A stretch of DNA of 63,376 nt, counting the filler, from Octopus bimaculoides (lineage: Eukaryota), in assembly GCF_001194135.2 (NCBI RefSeq). It is 4 parts of 4 records of this genome, joined end to end, with 100 filler letters (N's around TTAATTAATTAA, not from the genome) between each part and the next. Parts side by side here need not be neighbours in the genome. Positions count along the whole stretch, not along the records: positions 61,638 to 63,376 come from NW_026400954.1; 3 more parts are not named here. The stretch is one strand, 5' to 3'. Numbering within the stretch: position 1 is the stretch's first letter; every line of letters starts with the position of its first letter. Made by a program: the position numbers and the translations under genes. This document shows, in pieces, positions 61,708 to 63,376 of the stretch. The notes beneath the pieces are model-generated. The model was not told where the DNA came from. It saw only the letters and a list, made by a program, of their open reading frames with translations, and made no database searches.

Positions 61708-62106
61708 AAGAATAACTCCTGGGGGCGATTTGCTCGACTAAAAGGCGGTGCTCCAGCATGGCCGCAGTCAAATGACTGAAACTTATTCTTTGTAAGCCTA
61801 CTACTTATTCTATCGGTTTCTTTTTGCCGAACCGCTAAGTTACGGGGATGTAAGCACACCAGCATCGGTTGTCAAGCGATGTTGGGGGGACAAACACAGA
61901 CACACAAATACATATATATATGTATATACATATATATATAAACGACGGGCCTATTTCAGTTTCCGTCTACCAAATCCACTCACAAGGCTTTGGTCGGCCC
62001 AAGGCTATAGTAGAAGACACTTGCCCAAGGTGCCACACAGTGGGACTGAACCCTGAACCGTGTGGTTGGCAAGCAAGCTACTTACCACACAGCCACTCCT
62101 ATGCCT
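61708..62106 (-). mobile_element. SINE family B, full length, with inverted 3'-terminal segment of about 75 bp
   Basis: tRNA-like head near 62100 on the minus strand; 61708-61782 is flipped relative to copies at 25159 and 38018. Confidence 0.88.
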
Positions 62107-62234
62107 ACAAGTTTTTTGCAAAGGATGCTACAATCTTTCGCCTCCCTAAGTCACAGCTATTTAGTTCCGACTTGAGTTGGTGCGTCTAGCTAGTTCTGTT
62201 GCTCATGATGTTAAAGAGCTTTACTTCTTCCTCC

Positions 62235-62388
62235 TCTGAACGTTTTGTCTGCTGAGGTTGACTTTGCTTTTCAACCTCTCGGGATCGATAAAATAAGTCT
62301 TAGTATCAGTTGAGAAATGAAGTCGATGTAATCGATTAGTCTACTCCACACAAATTCTAGCCCTGTCTATTGTAGAGAGAATTATTGT
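62235..62388 (+). mobile_element. Degenerate SINE family A 3' part
   Basis: GAGGTTGACTTTGCTTTTCA..GGGATCGATAAAATAAG..GTCGATGTAATCGA. Confidence 0.7.
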
Positions 62389-62472
62389 TGTAGATTTTAT
62401 TAGCACAAAAAGTAAGCAGTTAGACGGGTAGATAAAAATCATACGTGTAAGATTATGTAGCAAAGAGGCGAC

Positions 62473-62558
62473 AAATAAATATCAGATAAGAGAAAAAAAG
62501 TAAATAATATCAGATAAGAGAAAAAAGTAAATAATATCAGATAAGAGAAAAAAAAAGT
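62473..62558. repeat. Three tandem copies of a unit of about 28 bp (AAATAATATCAGATAAGAGAAAAAAAGT)
   Basis: Direct reading. Confidence 0.92.
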
Positions 62559-62975
62559 GGCGATCTTTCGATACCAGTCCGAAATATCGGCCTTTTCCGT
62601 AAAAAGTGTCTTCGGCGATCTTTACCAAAGATCGGCCTTTTCCGTAAAAAGTGTTGGAGGGAAAGAGGGAAACAACGTCATAAAAGCGAAAGAGATACAG
62701 AGAGCGCGATTTCTTTTGAAGGGTTTAGGGTTAGGGTTAGGGTTTTAGGGTTAGGGCTTGAGTTTTAGGGTTTGGGTTAGGGAATTCCGTCCCTAGCCGT
62801 AACCCCAATCCTAAAACTAACCCTAAAACCCTAACCCTGACACTAAAACCCTAACCCTAACACCCTAGTGAAGATCGTGCGGGTGTTACAGAAAAGGCCG
62901 ACCTTTGGTAGAGATCGCCGAAGACACTTTTTACGGAAAAGGCCCATATTTCGGACTGGCATCGAAGGATCCCCA
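62559..62975. mobile_element. Palindromic MITE-like element with GG...CC termini, sub-repeated TIRs and a head-to-head telomeric-repeat core
   Basis: Left arm 62559-62654 mirrors about 62880-62975. Degenerate (TTAGGG)n at 62720-62782, then GAATTC, then degenerate (CCCTAA)n at 62791-62867. Confidence 0.85.
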
Positions 62976-63340
62976 ATTTCCAATGGAAACATGTATGACG
63001 TAATACAAACCCTAGTTCGAAACATATCCGCAGTAGACGAAGAGAACCGGGATCTATTTTAAAACGGGGGCCACATTTTTCATTAATGTTTTACGTAGTG
63101 TTTTTGGTACCGAAAGACTTTCAAACTTCGTATACTTATCTATTTTGTGTTATAGAACAGAAAAATATTTTTGTATTCGAATTTATTTCATGTAAAAAAT
63201 TGTCTTATTTCGATAATTTCAACCAATCACTGACAAGTATTCAGTTGTTCACATTTACTCCTTTGGCTCATTAAGCGATGTAAAGCGTATTTAATCTCCA
63301 TACCTTCGTTTTATTTGCTTTTTTTCATTTTAAATTTGCT

Positions 63341-63376
63341 TTAACCCTAACCCTAACCCTAGGGTTAGGGTTAATT
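63341..63376. repeat. Short telomeric-type palindrome (TAACCC)3-TAGGG-TTAGGG-TTAA
   Basis: 63348-63373 is a perfect 26-bp palindrome centred on CCCTAGGG. Confidence 0.9.

Noticed and set aside
62720-62867. Genuine telomere or ancestral chromosome-fusion site
   Set aside because: The repeats are short and degenerate and are enclosed by long non-telomeric TIRs. An artificial join lies at 61538. A transposon origin is simpler, though not proven.

Overview
AT-rich, microsatellite-dense, gap-ridden eukaryotic genomic DNA with no recognisable intact host gene. The tRNA-derived SINE families, repeat landscape and TTAGGG repeats are most consistent with an octopus/coleoid cephalopod draft assembly (inference, not verified). 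Nearly all ORF-track entries are artefacts of simple repeats or N runs. The real coding signal is all decayed transposon: about nine R4/Dong-like (RLE-clade) LINE fragments, two RTE-clade LINE fragments, a Penelope-like element remnant, and several Tc1/mariner remnants including a near full-length DD37D/maT element. There are also about 17 SINE copies, several MITE/foldback elements and three artificial 100-bp assembly joins (44 N + TTAATTAATTAA + 44 N). The most notable hidden signal is a set of eight or nine minimal Type I hammerhead ribozyme motifs, found by eye on both strands, from at least three non-coding element families. One family has four diverged copies and direct repeats 310-394 nt apart (retrozyme-like). 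Another copy sits in a 228-bp mirror hairpin carrying two opposed hammerheads. Near the right end is a 417-bp palindromic element whose core is head-to-head telomeric repeat. All folds and alignments were done manually and need computational and experimental confirmation; coordinates of decayed elements are approximate.
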